Positions 1 to 9,497 are shown, counted from the first letter of the stretch. The stretch: DNA of 64,000 nt from an uncultured bacterium (GCA_965552055.1 CBEVQO010000002.1:128001-192000); one strand, 5' to 3'. Program-made: numbers and translations. The notes: generated from the sequence alone by a model not told the origin.

Positions 1-478
1 AGCGTAAATGTAAAGGTGTGGGAATTAATACACTTAATGGTATTTTTTGCTCCTCACCAAATACATTTTTTGTTCTTTTCCATATTATGAAGTAAAATTC
101 TTTGTAATCTGCAACTACTTCAAAATCTTCATACCCATAAATGTATTTAAATCTGACTTCTTCGGGCTTCACTTCTACTTTTTCACACTTTATCCATTTA
201 AGACAATCAAGCACTTCTTCGAGTTTTAAAGGTTTATATTTGCCACCCTGACATATTGCTGTCATAAAGCGCCCCTGATCCGGACGCTGATGTAACCTGC
301 ATTCTATCATCGTTTTTACCATTTTTGCAGATAAATGACTACTACTGCTCTCAACAAATCGATAACCTTTCAGTTCTGCCCATACCGGCATAATAACACG
401 AATATCATAGGGATTGTAAATATACCAATCCCAAATACCTTCTAATTCTGCCCACACAGGATTTTTAATTTTTAACAT
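1..478 (-). CDS. hypothetical protein, 3'-truncated at the window edge
   Basis: Not in the ORF track. ATG at 478 follows AAGGAGGTGAT; the frame is open to position 1 (MLKIKNPVWAELEG...LIPTPLHLR). PVWAELxG occurs twice. Confidence 0.75.
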   Translation of the reverse strand, partial: MLKIKNPVWAELEGIWDWYIYNPYDIRVIMPVWAELKGYRFVESSSSHLSAKMVKTMIECRLHQRPDQGRFMTAICQGGKYKPLKLEEVLDCLKWIKCEKVEVKPEEVRFKYIYGYEDFEVVADYKEFYFIIWKRTKNVFGEEQKIPLSVLIPTPLHLR

Positions 479-530
479 ATCACCTCCTTTTTGCCATCTC
501 ATATTTATATTAAACTAAATTACGATTTTC

Positions 531-1790
531 TTACAAATCTATTTTCAGAATTAACCAGTCGTTCCTTTTAAAGGGCTTTTCATCTGTCGTTAATAATATT
601 TTTCTTTTAGCTTTTAAATTAAGATATTTCTTCCATTCTTCGCCTCTCCATAATCCGTCTGTTAGTATTACAAGCATATCCTGTGCTTTTATCCGCTTAC
701 TTACTTCAGCGAGCGCTTCTGTAGGGTCTGTTCCACCCCTACCTTTTATCTTAAAACTCACTTTATTGGTAAATCTCTTAAAACCATAAAATTTAACATC
801 CCAGCATCCCCAGTAAACTTCTGCTTCTTTGCTCATGCTTTTAATCTCTCCCATAAATTGTTGGAGTTGTTTTTTGTCTATACTTCCACTCGTATCTAAA
901 AGGACGAAAACCCTGCCCTTTTCGAGATATAATCTCCCTTTCGCATCCGGTACCTTTCTGCTGGGACGCTTCCATGTGGGAATGCAAAAACTCGAAATCC
1001 ATTCCCTGTAATATGTGCGTAAAAGGCGTTTCCAGTTTACTTTGCTTTTAAATAGAATATCAACAAGTTCTTCCAAGCCAGCGGGAAGATATCCTGCTGT
1101 TTTTGCTAATACCAAAGCACGCCTGAACTCATCCCTGATTTTTTCCTTTTCTTCATCTCTGACTCCCGAACCCTCGCTAGGATATTTCTTTTCTTCTCCT
1201 CCGGCTCCTGAACCCTCGCTAGGATATTTCTTTTCTTCTCCTCCGGCTCCTGAACTCTCATCTCCTAAATCCTTGCGAGGATAAAGGTCGCTTCCTTTTA
1301 TAATATTAAGGATACGGTCTATTCTTATTTTTCCCGATTTTACCTTTGATAATAATTCTTTGTAAATTTCTTCGGTACTCATCCTTTTTATTTCATATAC
1401 GGATTTTCCAATCAATTGAGCGATTGTAAAAGGAGTTATTTCCCTGTAAGATAGTTTGAAATTAAGTTCATCTAAGTATTGATTGACTTTGCAATCGGCT
1501 GCTATATTCCATAGCAGGGCATCTATTTCATCCAGATTTTTTATCCTTTCGCAGTGTTCAAGCACTATATGAAGCAACTCGTGAAATAATAATTTAACGC
1601 CTTCTGCAATTGTGTGAATTTTTGATGTATTCAAAAAGATTTCCAATCCATTCGTATAAGCCGGAACTTCAGATTCTTCGTCTATTCTTAGATATTTCTG
1701 AACCTTCCACAACACAGGGACAAAAAAGGGAAATAATACAGAACTAATTTCAATCGCTGCTTCAAATATGCTTTTCAACAGGTTGCTCAT
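531..1790 (-). CDS. DUF2201-type putative metallopeptidase + vWA domain protein (copy B)
   Basis: HELLH zinc motif, WNIAADCKVN, MIDAS DTSGS...GGT...LTDG; AGGAGG RBS. Confidence 0.85.
   Translation of the reverse strand: MSNLLKSIFEAAIEISSVLFPFFVPVLWKVQKYLRIDEESEVPAYTNGLEIFLNTSKIHTIAEGVKLLFHELLHIVLEHCERIKNLDEIDALLWNIAADCKVNQYLDELNFKLSYREITPFTIAQLIGKSVYEIKRMSTEEIYKELLSKVKSGKIRIDRILNIIKGSDLYPRKDLGDESSGAGGEEKKYPSEGSGAGGEEKKYPSEGSGVRDEEKEKIRDEFRRALVLAKTAGYLPAGLEELVDILFKSKVNWKRLLRTYYREWISSFCIPTWKRPSRKVPDAKGRLYLEKGRVFVLLDTSGSIDKKQLQQFMGEIKSMSKEAEVYWGCWDVKFYGFKRFTNKVSFKIKGRGGTDPTEALAEVSKRIKAQDMLVILTDGLWRGEEWKKYLNLKAKRKILLTTDEKPFKRNDWLILKIDL
1168..1255. repeat. 42-bp in-frame tandem duplication in the peptidase-vWA linker
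   Basis: gaaccctcgctaggatatttcttttcttctcctccggctcct x2 (1168-1209, 1210-1251) encoding SGAGGEEKKYPSE. Confidence 0.95.
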
Positions 1791-1802
1791 AATACCTCCT
1801 TT

Positions 1803-2936
1803 TTACCATTCTTTTTTAAACTTTGCAACTTTTGTTCCTAAATCTTTAATTAATTCTTTGAGAGATGTATCTATCATTTTGAGCATTTCTTCGTAAATTT
1901 CTCTCCTCTTTTTGACTGGCAACATCCTGAAGAAAAGAGAAAGAGTAAGCATCACCATTTCTCTGTCCTCAGAAAGAGCAGGAATGAAAATCACTTCCTC
2001 AATTTTCTTATATTTTTCAGGGAAATTTTTTAACAAATAGTGAGCAAGATGTGTGAAAAAGAGATATTTTATATCCATCGTTTTCAATTTATCTCCGGGA
2101 TATTTTTTATTCTTAATACACTCTTCTATATCCGGGAAATTCCTTGTTACTTTGATAAACTGATAAAATTTACTTCCAACTTCGCCTCCCAAAAATGCCT
2201 GACAATCTTCTTCGTAATACTTTTCATTTTTGTTTAGAAATTCGCTGAGCATCGTCCAGCTTCTTGGAGTCGGATAAGGTTCTACAGCTGTACCCGAATC
2301 AGGTGGTTTGTAAAAATCCTCCGGAAACTTCATCAAATATGCTATTACATTGGGGTTAGTTCTCTCTTTTGTTGACTCATAAGAAATCCATTCTTTAACG
2401 GTGGCAGGTTCAACTTCATATACTGCTGCGCGATTCATTATCGGAGTGGCTAATTCTGTTGCTACATCGCTGTATTCCGGGGGATTGCCTGCACCCACCA
2501 CCATTACATCGGGATGAAGTTTCAACCATCCAACTCTTTTATCCAGCAACAATTTGAATAAAATGCTCTGTACATCGGGACGCAATGTGTTAGATATTTC
2601 ATCCAGAAATAATACACCCGGACACTTACTTAATGCATGCAATGGTCTGTTATACTTGAACTGAAGCTTTCCATCATTTTCACGGGGTATAAAGAAATCT
2701 TCCTGTGTAACCTCATATAATCTAATATCGAGCAAGATAAAGGAATTTTTAATTTCTCCGTCGGACAAACTATCATCCCACTCCAGATATTTCAATCCCA
2801 TCTCTTTTGCTTTTTGTTCTGCAAATTCATGAACCTGCTCAGATTTACCGATACCAGGACCTCCAAATAGTATCACAGTGCGAGGATAATGACGATTGAG
2901 TGTCTCCAATACACGATTTATTTTTAATTTCTTCAT
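1803..2936 (-). CDS. MoxR-like/AAA_5 ATPase (copy B)
   Basis: Walker A GGPGIGKS, Walker B LFLDE, IMNR, PTPRSW. Start moved to MKKLKI (G-rich RBS, matches the paralog N-terminus). Confidence 0.88.
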   Translation of the reverse strand: MKKLKINRVLETLNRHYPRTVILFGGPGIGKSEQVHEFAEQKAKEMGLKYLEWDDSLSDGEIKNSFILLDIRLYEVTQEDFFIPRENDGKLQFKYNRPLHALSKCPGVLFLDEISNTLRPDVQSILFKLLLDKRVGWLKLHPDVMVVGAGNPPEYSDVATELATPIMNRAAVYEVEPATVKEWISYESTKERTNPNVIAYLMKFPEDFYKPPDSGTAVEPYPTPRSWTMLSEFLNKNEKYYEEDCQAFLGGEVGSKFYQFIKVTRNFPDIEECIKNKKYPGDKLKTMDIKYLFFTHLAHYLLKNFPEKYKKIEEVIFIPALSEDREMVMLTLSLFFRMLPVKKRREIYEEMLKMIDTSLKELIKDLGTKVAKFKKEW

Positions 2937-2949
2937 AACACCCCCCAGC

Positions 2950-3420
2950 TTATTGAAAGAGGCAAATAAAAGATGCAATTGATGTGAGCCTGTCATTTAA
3001 ATTGTTAAGAATTGAGGTGACATCTCTTTTTAATTCTTCTTTACTCTTGATATTCTTCTTCCATATCATAAAATAAGTTGAAATTATTTTGATTGAATAA
3101 CCTTTCACTCCGAGAGATTTGTATATATCTTGCATTATACAACCTCTTATGTCCTTATTTTGAAATGAACCCATGTATTTGCTGAAAAGATAAATCAGTT
3201 TTTCGAATTCAATTGTGAGAAATACTTTGTAGTGCTCTCGCTTCACAATCCACATTATAAGTTGAGTATCGTATCCAAATTGTTTCAGCAGAGTTTGTTT
3301 AACTTGAATCTCATATCCATTTTCTCCCAGTAATTTACCTGTTAAATCGAAAGGAAACTGAACCTTTGATTCCAAATCATGCATAATTTCTCTCATTTCA
3401 CACTGTAATTGCTTAATCAT
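2950..3420 (-). CDS. hypothetical protein, paralog of 3445-3942
   Basis: AAGGAGGTG RBS; aligns by eye with its neighbour. Confidence 0.75.
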   Translation of the reverse strand: MIKQLQCEMREIMHDLESKVQFPFDLTGKLLGENGYEIQVKQTLLKQFGYDTQLIMWIVKREHYKVFLTIEFEKLIYLFSKYMGSFQNKDIRGCIMQDIYKSLGVKGYSIKIISTYFMIWKKNIKSKEELKRDVTSILNNLNDRLTSIASFICLFQ

Positions 3421-3444
3421 AACACCTCCTTTAAATTTATAATT

Positions 3445-3942
3445 TTAGCCGTAAGCCCGTTGTTGATATAATATCATCATAATATCGTTGAGAACCGAGA
3501 TGCAAAATTGTTTCACTTTTGTTTCACTATATATATCTCTTGCTATACGGAGGAAACCCTTTCCAACATCAACTTTATAACCTCTTAATTTAAGCCGGTT
3601 ATATATTTCCCCCAAAATGCATCTTTTTACATTTTTGATTACTTTCTTTATTTTTTTCTCTTCCTTTTTATCTTTAATTTTTATCACTGCATTTGGACAG
3701 CCAACTGCAACCCATATTCTATAAATCTTGGACCTTTTAACAATGCGAAGCATAATCCGGGCAGTGATGTTGAAATCAGGGAAATTAATCAACACGGTGG
3801 ATTTACCATCAATCTGAAAATCCGAGCTGTTATCACCAAGCTGGCATATTGTAAGGCAAGGTGGGTTCTTAACACCCAGATATATCGCACGCATAATCCT
3901 TGCCCCGGCTCCAAAGCACAAAAAATCATGCATACGAAACAT
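3445..3942 (-). CDS. hypothetical protein, paralog of 2950-3420
   Basis: AAGGGGGTG RBS before MFRMHD; in operon. Confidence 0.75.
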   Translation of the reverse strand: MFRMHDFLCFGAGARIMRAIYLGVKNPPCLTICQLGDNSSDFQIDGKSTVLINFPDFNITARIMLRIVKRSKIYRIWVAVGCPNAVIKIKDKKEEKKIKKVIKNVKRCILGEIYNRLKLRGYKVDVGKGFLRIARDIYSETKVKQFCISVLNDIMMILYQQRAYG

Positions 3943-3990
3943 AACACCCCCCTTGTTTCTCATTAATTATTACTGCTTTTGATTATTTTC

Positions 3991-5217
3991 TTACAAATCT
4001 ATTTTCAAAATTGTCCAGTCATTTCTCCTGAAAGGTTTTTTACTCGTAGTCAAAAGCAATTTTCTTTTCGCATTTATATTAAGATATTTTTTCCACTCAT
4101 TTCCATACCATTCCCCATCCGTAAGAATTACAAGCATATCATGTGGTTTTATAACTTTTTTAACTTCCTTTAAAGCTTTTGTAGGGTCTGTTCCACCTCT
4201 CCCTCTTATCTTGAATTTTGTTTCACTATTTTTTACCTTTTGCAAACCGTAGAAATCAACATCCCAGCATCCCCAGTAAACTTCTGCATCCTTATTCATA
4301 GTTTTTATCTCAGCCATAAACTGTTCAAGTTCAGCATGCCCGATACTACCGCTTGTATCTACGAGTACATAAACTTTACCTTTTCCCAAATATAATTTGC
4401 CTTTGACATCGGGAACTTTTCTGCTCGGACGCTTCCATGTTGATACACAAAAATGAGATATCCATTCACGGAAATATGTACGCAAAAATCTCTTCCAGTT
4501 TATCTTGCTTTTGTCTTTTGCATCCACAACCTCTTCCATCTTTGCTGCTACATTGCCAGCACTCTTCAGCGCTTCTGTTATACCCCGCCTAATTTCATCA
4601 AGGTCTATATCTTCAAATTGATTTCCCACACCTGCTCCCTCTTCACATTCTTCCATATCTTCATCTACTTCAATAACTTCAGGTATGCATCCACTTGATA
4701 AACATTCCAGTAAATCCCAATCTACTTCTTTTAATCTACCTCGACATTTTTTTACAATCTTTATCTCATGAATCTTCACTACTTCGGCGAGTTTTAAATA
4801 AATTTGTTCTGTTGTCATTTTCTCTATTTGCTGTGGAGAAAAGCCAGTTAATCCTTCAATGATTCTCGCTGTTTGCATATCCTTCGTCTTTAAACCGAGT
4901 TTTGACATTATTGCATTCACTTTACAATCTGCTGCAAGATTCCACAATAATCTATTTCTTTTATCCATAAATTTCAATCTTAAAGGATGTTCAAGAATAT
5001 AATGGAAGAAAACATGCAAAAAATTTATGCATTCTTCTCCTGTGCTTAACCTCTCGGGGTTTACCCTTATTATCCTGCCATCTGTCTTTACAGGTGTGTC
5101 CATTTCTCTATCTTCTACAACTGCTTTTTCAACCCTGTATAATGCTGGCAAAAGAAAATGTGCTTTGGAAACCGTTAATAATTGCCTTACCTTTTTAATT
5201 AATGTTGCGGTATCCAT
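3991..5217 (-). CDS. DUF2201-type peptidase-like + vWA protein (copy A; HExxH degenerate)
   Basis: HVFFH in place of HELLH; WNLAADCKVN; intact DTSGS/GGT/LTDG; GGGAGG RBS. Confidence 0.85.
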   Translation of the reverse strand: MDTATLIKKVRQLLTVSKAHFLLPALYRVEKAVVEDREMDTPVKTDGRIIRVNPERLSTGEECINFLHVFFHYILEHPLRLKFMDKRNRLLWNLAADCKVNAIMSKLGLKTKDMQTARIIEGLTGFSPQQIEKMTTEQIYLKLAEVVKIHEIKIVKKCRGRLKEVDWDLLECLSSGCIPEVIEVDEDMEECEEGAGVGNQFEDIDLDEIRRGITEALKSAGNVAAKMEEVVDAKDKSKINWKRFLRTYFREWISHFCVSTWKRPSRKVPDVKGKLYLGKGKVYVLVDTSGSIGHAELEQFMAEIKTMNKDAEVYWGCWDVDFYGLQKVKNSETKFKIRGRGGTDPTKALKEVKKVIKPHDMLVILTDGEWYGNEWKKYLNINAKRKLLLTTSKKPFRRNDWTILKIDL

Positions 5218-5229
5218 TTTTACCTCCCG

Positions 5230-6336
5230 CTATGTTGCGATTAACTCATCTGCGGATTCAATTCTACTGCTCAATAATTCTCTAAGTTCTACATGCATTA
5301 TCTGGAGTATCTTCTCTATCTCATCTTTTTTCCATCCTTTTAAAATTGCGTGCAATGTAACTACAAGAAATTCTTTATTTCTTTTCAGCATGCGTAGCAG
5401 GATTTTATTTTCAACTTCTTTATACCTGTCTGGATGTTTCCTCACCCACATTGCCACATGGAAAGCAAAATTATATAATTTATCTATTGAATTTATCGTA
5501 TGTAGTTTTAGCGGATTCTTCAAAATATCTTCAACCGATGGTATCCTATATCTCGTTGATAAGAAAAAGTTACTCCCCACTTCTCCTCCCAGGAATGCCT
5601 GACAATCTGCTTCAGTGAAATCCGGATTGTTATTCAGGAAGCAGGATAAAAGTGTCCAGCTTCTAGGTGTAGGATAAGGTTCTGATGTTGCTCCTTTTTG
5701 CGGTGGCAGATAAAAATGCTCCGGATGTTTCAATAAATAAGTGGCGACATAGTGATTGAGGCGACCCTTCTCTGTTTCATAAGAAATCCATTCTTTAACA
5801 CTTACATGCTCCACCTCATATATGGCTGCACGGTTCATTATCGGAGTGGCTAACTCCGTTGCTACTTCGCTGTATTCGGGTGGATTACCCGCACCTATAA
5901 CCATCACATCTTTATGAAGCTTTAGCCATCCAACTCTTTTATCGAGTAACAATTTAAACAAAATGCTCTGCACATCCGGGCGAACGGTATTTGAGATTTC
6001 ATCAAGGAAAAGCACACCGGGATGTTGACCCAAAGCTCTCAGAGGTCTGTTATATTTGAAAACTATGCCGTCAGAAGTTTCACGGGGAATAAAGAAATCT
6101 TCGGGAGTAACTTCATACAATCTCATATCCAGAAGTATAAATGCATTCTTTAAATCTCCTTCTGTAAGCCTATCATCCCATTCCACAAAGTTCAGTCCCA
6201 ATTTCTCTGCTTTCTCCCTGGCAAACTCCCTAACCTGTTCGGATTTGCCGATGCCAGGTCCACCAAAGAATATCACCGTCCCGGGAAAATGTTTATGCAG
6301 GGTTTCTTTTATCTCATTTACCTTGATTTTAACCAT
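5230..6336 (-). CDS. MoxR-like/AAA_5 ATPase (copy A)
   Basis: GGPGIGKS, LFLDE, IMNR, PTPRSW; core nearly identical to copy B. Confidence 0.88.
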   Translation of the reverse strand: MVKIKVNEIKETLHKHFPGTVIFFGGPGIGKSEQVREFAREKAEKLGLNFVEWDDRLTEGDLKNAFILLDMRLYEVTPEDFFIPRETSDGIVFKYNRPLRALGQHPGVLFLDEISNTVRPDVQSILFKLLLDKRVGWLKLHKDVMVIGAGNPPEYSEVATELATPIMNRAAIYEVEHVSVKEWISYETEKGRLNHYVATYLLKHPEHFYLPPQKGATSEPYPTPRSWTLLSCFLNNNPDFTEADCQAFLGGEVGSNFFLSTRYRIPSVEDILKNPLKLHTINSIDKLYNFAFHVAMWVRKHPDRYKEVENKILLRMLKRNKEFLVVTLHAILKGWKKDEIEKILQIMHVELRELLSSRIESADELIAT

Positions 6337-6399
6337 ATCACCCCCTTATGCTACTTCATTAATATTTACCCTCTTTTACAAATTTCTTACAAATTTTTG

Positions 6400-6426
6400 T
6401 TGACAAAAGAATAATTTGTTTAATAT
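6400..6426 (+). promoter_or_regulatory. sigma70-like promoter, leaderless
   Basis: TTGACA-N15-TAATAT-N6-ATG(6433). Confidence 0.6.
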
Positions 6427-6432
6427 TCTGTG

Positions 6433-8112
6433 ATGAAATTCAAATTTTTAATGCTTCTTCTTTTACCATCTGTGTTATTTGCGAGAGAGTTAAAAGATTA
6501 TTTATTAGAGATTTCTTCTGCAATACCGCTTTCCATTCGTGGTAAGAGACTCGCTGTTATAAATTTTTACGATAGATATTACAAACAAAGAAGAATCTTA
6601 TCAAAAGAAATAGAATCAATTTTTTCAGGCATTCTTGTTGATAAATTTAAAGTTGTTGAAAGAGAAAGGATAAAAGACATAATAAAAGTTTTACAGGTTG
6701 AAATGCAACCCATTTTTGATGAATCCACCGTCGTCAAAATAGGCAAACTCGCAGGTGCTGAATTGCTGTTAACAGGGGATTACAAAGTGGACGAAAAAGA
6801 AATCATTTTAAGGACAAAAATTATAGAACTTAAATCCGGAATCGTTGAATTTGACAAAAAAATTGAACTACCCCGTAATTGCGTGGATTACGAGATGCTG
6901 GGATTCGAAAAAGTACCACTACCTGAACGCAAATTGAGGTTAACGATGTTTAAACCCGAAGGCAACATCTCACAAAACATCCTCGACGAAATAAAGAACA
7001 GAGCACTTCATATATTATCGGAGTGCAAGAAAATTCAATTTGTAGAACCATGGGCTGAACATGACCTCGAAATATCAGTAAAGATAAACAAAGCACCTGA
7101 AAGAAAAATACAGGGAGAAAATGAAAAAGTACCAATTGATGGCTTTACAATAAATGTAAGTATGAAAAATTTAAAGACAGGAGAAGTTAAGATGAGCAAA
7201 GCTGTAACAGTCCTCGAAGAAGATATCGTAAATGCTGTGTTAAACTCTTTAAAAATTTTCCTGAACGAAATAACTGTAGCAGGCGGGATAAAGCGTGTGG
7301 AAGATAAAACTGCGTTCTTAAATATCGGAAGAAATAACGGCGTTGATAAAAACCAATATTTTTATATAAAAGACCCAATGGGTGATATCGCAGGTAAATT
7401 GATAATCGAAGAAGTAAGCGAAAATTCAGCAAAAGGCAGAATAATTGAAGGTAAAGATATCTTCGCAGGATATGCGACAGAACTGATGCCAGATAAAGAA
7501 GAGAAAAAGAGATTGGAAAAAGAACTTGCGATCATGGAAAGAAAATATGAAAATGCCATCCAAAAATACATATCAGAATGGATAAGATTTCACTCACCCA
7601 AAAGCAGGATAAAACTATTTGCGGGATATGGACATTATTTTGATAAACAACAGGATGAATCCTTCAACTATGTTGAGCTTATTCCCAATATTTACGGAGG
7701 TGCGGTATTCTTTGGCAACCATCCTAATTTTCACCTATTTTTGAAATATTGCTATTTAATGACATCAGACAGCATGCATTCTCAAAATATAACTTCGCAT
7801 TCCGGTACCATTGGAGGTAGATTTCAGTTTGCGTTTTCACTTTCTTCGATTAAAATTTCCCCTTATTTAACACTGGGAATAGGAGGCGGTTACTTCACAT
7901 ATACCGAATCTTCGTGGCAGGATGAATGGTGGGCTGTGCTGTGCGATGTAACAGGCGGAGTAGAATTTGTACATGCTTCACAAAAGGGCATCTTCTTACA
8001 ATATTATGTAATGAAAAGATTGTGGAAAAGCGAACCCCAGATTACTTCTCTCTCCAATTTTAAAGAAGATTTCGGTGCAATAATTTTCGGTATATCAATC
8101 TGGTTCAAATGA
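6433..8112 (+). CDS. exported protein with CsgG/FlgO-like N-domain, FlgT-C-like domain and C-terminal beta-barrel
   Basis: Signal peptide; FKVVERERI...KIGKLAGAELLLTG; LNIGRNNGV; ends in FGISIWFK. Confidence 0.6.
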   Translation: MKFKFLMLLLLPSVLFARELKDYLLEISSAIPLSIRGKRLAVINFYDRYYKQRRILSKEIESIFSGILVDKFKVVERERIKDIIKVLQVEMQPIFDESTVVKIGKLAGAELLLTGDYKVDEKEIILRTKIIELKSGIVEFDKKIELPRNCVDYEMLGFEKVPLPERKLRLTMFKPEGNISQNILDEIKNRALHILSECKKIQFVEPWAEHDLEISVKINKAPERKIQGENEKVPIDGFTINVSMKNLKTGEVKMSKAVTVLEEDIVNAVLNSLKIFLNEITVAGGIKRVEDKTAFLNIGRNNGVDKNQYFYIKDPMGDIAGKLIIEEVSENSAKGRIIEGKDIFAGYATELMPDKEEKKRLEKELAIMERKYENAIQKYISEWIRFHSPKSRIKLFAGYGHYFDKQQDESFNYVELIPNIYGGAVFFGNHPNFHLFLKYCYLMTSDSMHSQNITSHSGTIGGRFQFAFSLSSIKISPYLTLGIGGGYFTYTESSWQDEWWAVLCDVTGGVEFVHASQKGIFLQYYVMKRLWKSEPQITSLSNFKEDFGAIIFGISIWFK

Positions 8113-8867
8113 GGGGATGCTTTACATTTATACTGGGACTGATAATAGGTGCTCTTGGATTTTATTTCTTCCTGAACAAAGGGTACGGCAATTTGAAGAG
8201 AGATGTTAAAATAGCAATTAAAAAATGGAAAGGCGAAGAAATTTATACAAAACCCTCTTATACCCATAAAACGAAAAAAAGAAAAAGAAGCAAACATAAA
8301 AAGAAAGAAAAAGTCCGGAAAAAATTTGATTTAAAAGAGAAAATTACGATAGCTTGGCAGGATAGTTTAAAAAATTTGAGAAAAAGAATAAAATGGCTCA
8401 CGGATGATAAAGAAGAAAAAATAGAGTGGTTTTACAAAAGAAAAGAAGAGATAAAGGAGAAGCTCGCGCACAAATGCGGGATTGGTGTCGATAAATTTGA
8501 TAGATTTATAAGAAAAAACATTTACAAAGCATGGCAGGATAGTGTAAATAAATTGAAAAAAGCAATAGGTGAATGGCCAACAGAGGAACAATATAAATGG
8601 TTTGAAAACAGGAAAAATGTAATAAAAGCAAAATTGTCAAAAGTTATTGGAATAACACAACAAAAATTTGATAAATTGATAAATCAGAACTTCTATAAAG
8701 CATGGGTTGATAGTTTAAAGGAAATAAAAAATAAAATGAAATGGCTGACAGAGGAAAAAGAAAGGGAATATAAATGGTTTAAAAGCAGAAAAGAGGAAAT
8801 AAAGCGGAAACTTGCAAAGAAATATGGACTTACTTTAAAGCAACTCGAAGATTTACTTAAACGCTGA
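8109..8867 (+). CDS. membrane-anchored basic protein with three ~58-aa repeats
   Basis: N-terminal TM helix; AWxDS...WF..RK..IK.KL...G motif three times; ATGA coupling. Confidence 0.75.
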   Translation: MRGCFTFILGLIIGALGFYFFLNKGYGNLKRDVKIAIKKWKGEEIYTKPSYTHKTKKRKRSKHKKKEKVRKKFDLKEKITIAWQDSLKNLRKRIKWLTDDKEEKIEWFYKRKEEIKEKLAHKCGIGVDKFDRFIRKNIYKAWQDSVNKLKKAIGEWPTEEQYKWFENRKNVIKAKLSKVIGITQQKFDKLINQNFYKAWVDSLKEIKNKMKWLTEEKEREYKWFKSRKEEIKRKLAKKYGLTLKQLEDLLKR

Positions 8868-9227
8868 ATGAATTAAAATTTCTACCATCGGCATCTCTGG
8901 TGAGCGTGGATTTGGTATTACCCTCTTTTTACTCATATCAACTATCAGGTCTAACTGCTCAAGTATTATTTGACCTACAAGAGGCTGAGTGCCTTCGGGC
9001 TCTGCCAGAACATTAAATTCACCTGCCCTGCCACATAACTCCACTGTTACAATGCCATAAATCGATTTCGTTTTTACTTCTCGCATTTTCCTTAGATTTA
9101 ACTTGTTGATAATATTTTGTGGTAAAACTAGCATCGTTGCTCCTGTGTCAATAACACCTTCTACCTCTACTTTCTTCTCGGGTTCAAAAACATTTATAAT
9201 TTTTATTTTCTCAACCACTTTTCCCAT
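8853..9227 (-). CDS. clan AA (retropepsin-like) aspartic protease
   Basis: IDTGAT catalytic motif; PLVGQIILEQLDL. Confidence 0.8.
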   Translation of the reverse strand: MGKVVEKIKIINVFEPEKKVEVEGVIDTGATMLVLPQNIINKLNLRKMREVKTKSIYGIVTVELCGRAGEFNVLAEPEGTQPLVGQIILEQLDLIVDMSKKRVIPNPRSPEMPMVEILIHSAFK

Positions 9228-9240
9228 TTTATTCCTATTA

Positions 9241-9267
9241 ATTATAATCTTCTCTTTAAAATGTCAA
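9241..9267 (-). promoter_or_regulatory. sigma70-like promoter
   Basis: TTGACA-N15-TATAAT, 13 nt before the ATG. Confidence 0.7.
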
Positions 9268-9326
9268 GCCAAAATTTATATAGTTGCAGTCAACCCGAGC
9301 TTGGACGATTAAAATTTTTAAATTTT

Positions 9327-9488
9327 TAATGCGAGGCGTAGCCGAGCACATTACATATGGGTTGATATGTCAGCCCATTACGGGTTTTGGGTTATAGCAG
9401 GGGATTCTGGCTTTATCCTCTGTCTGCGTATTTCAGCGATAGGAGTGGGCTGACTTAATCGGGAAGGTGGGGACAGCGGAGGCGGGGC
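9327..9488 (-). repeat. dispersed structured element, family 1, copy 1
   Basis: Reverse complement of the 44951 and 57202 elements; inverted arms GTCAGCCCA (9369-9377) / TGGGCTGAC (9446-9454). Confidence 0.9.
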
Positions 9489-9497
9489 TAAAAATAT

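Noticed and set aside
5027..5602. 191-aa + strand ORF and the many other antisense ORFs (e.g. 42060-42575, 45840-46454)
   Set aside because: Shadows of well-supported opposite-strand genes with no motifs
1..6336. Prophage call
   Set aside because: No integrase, structural or replication gene visible in this window
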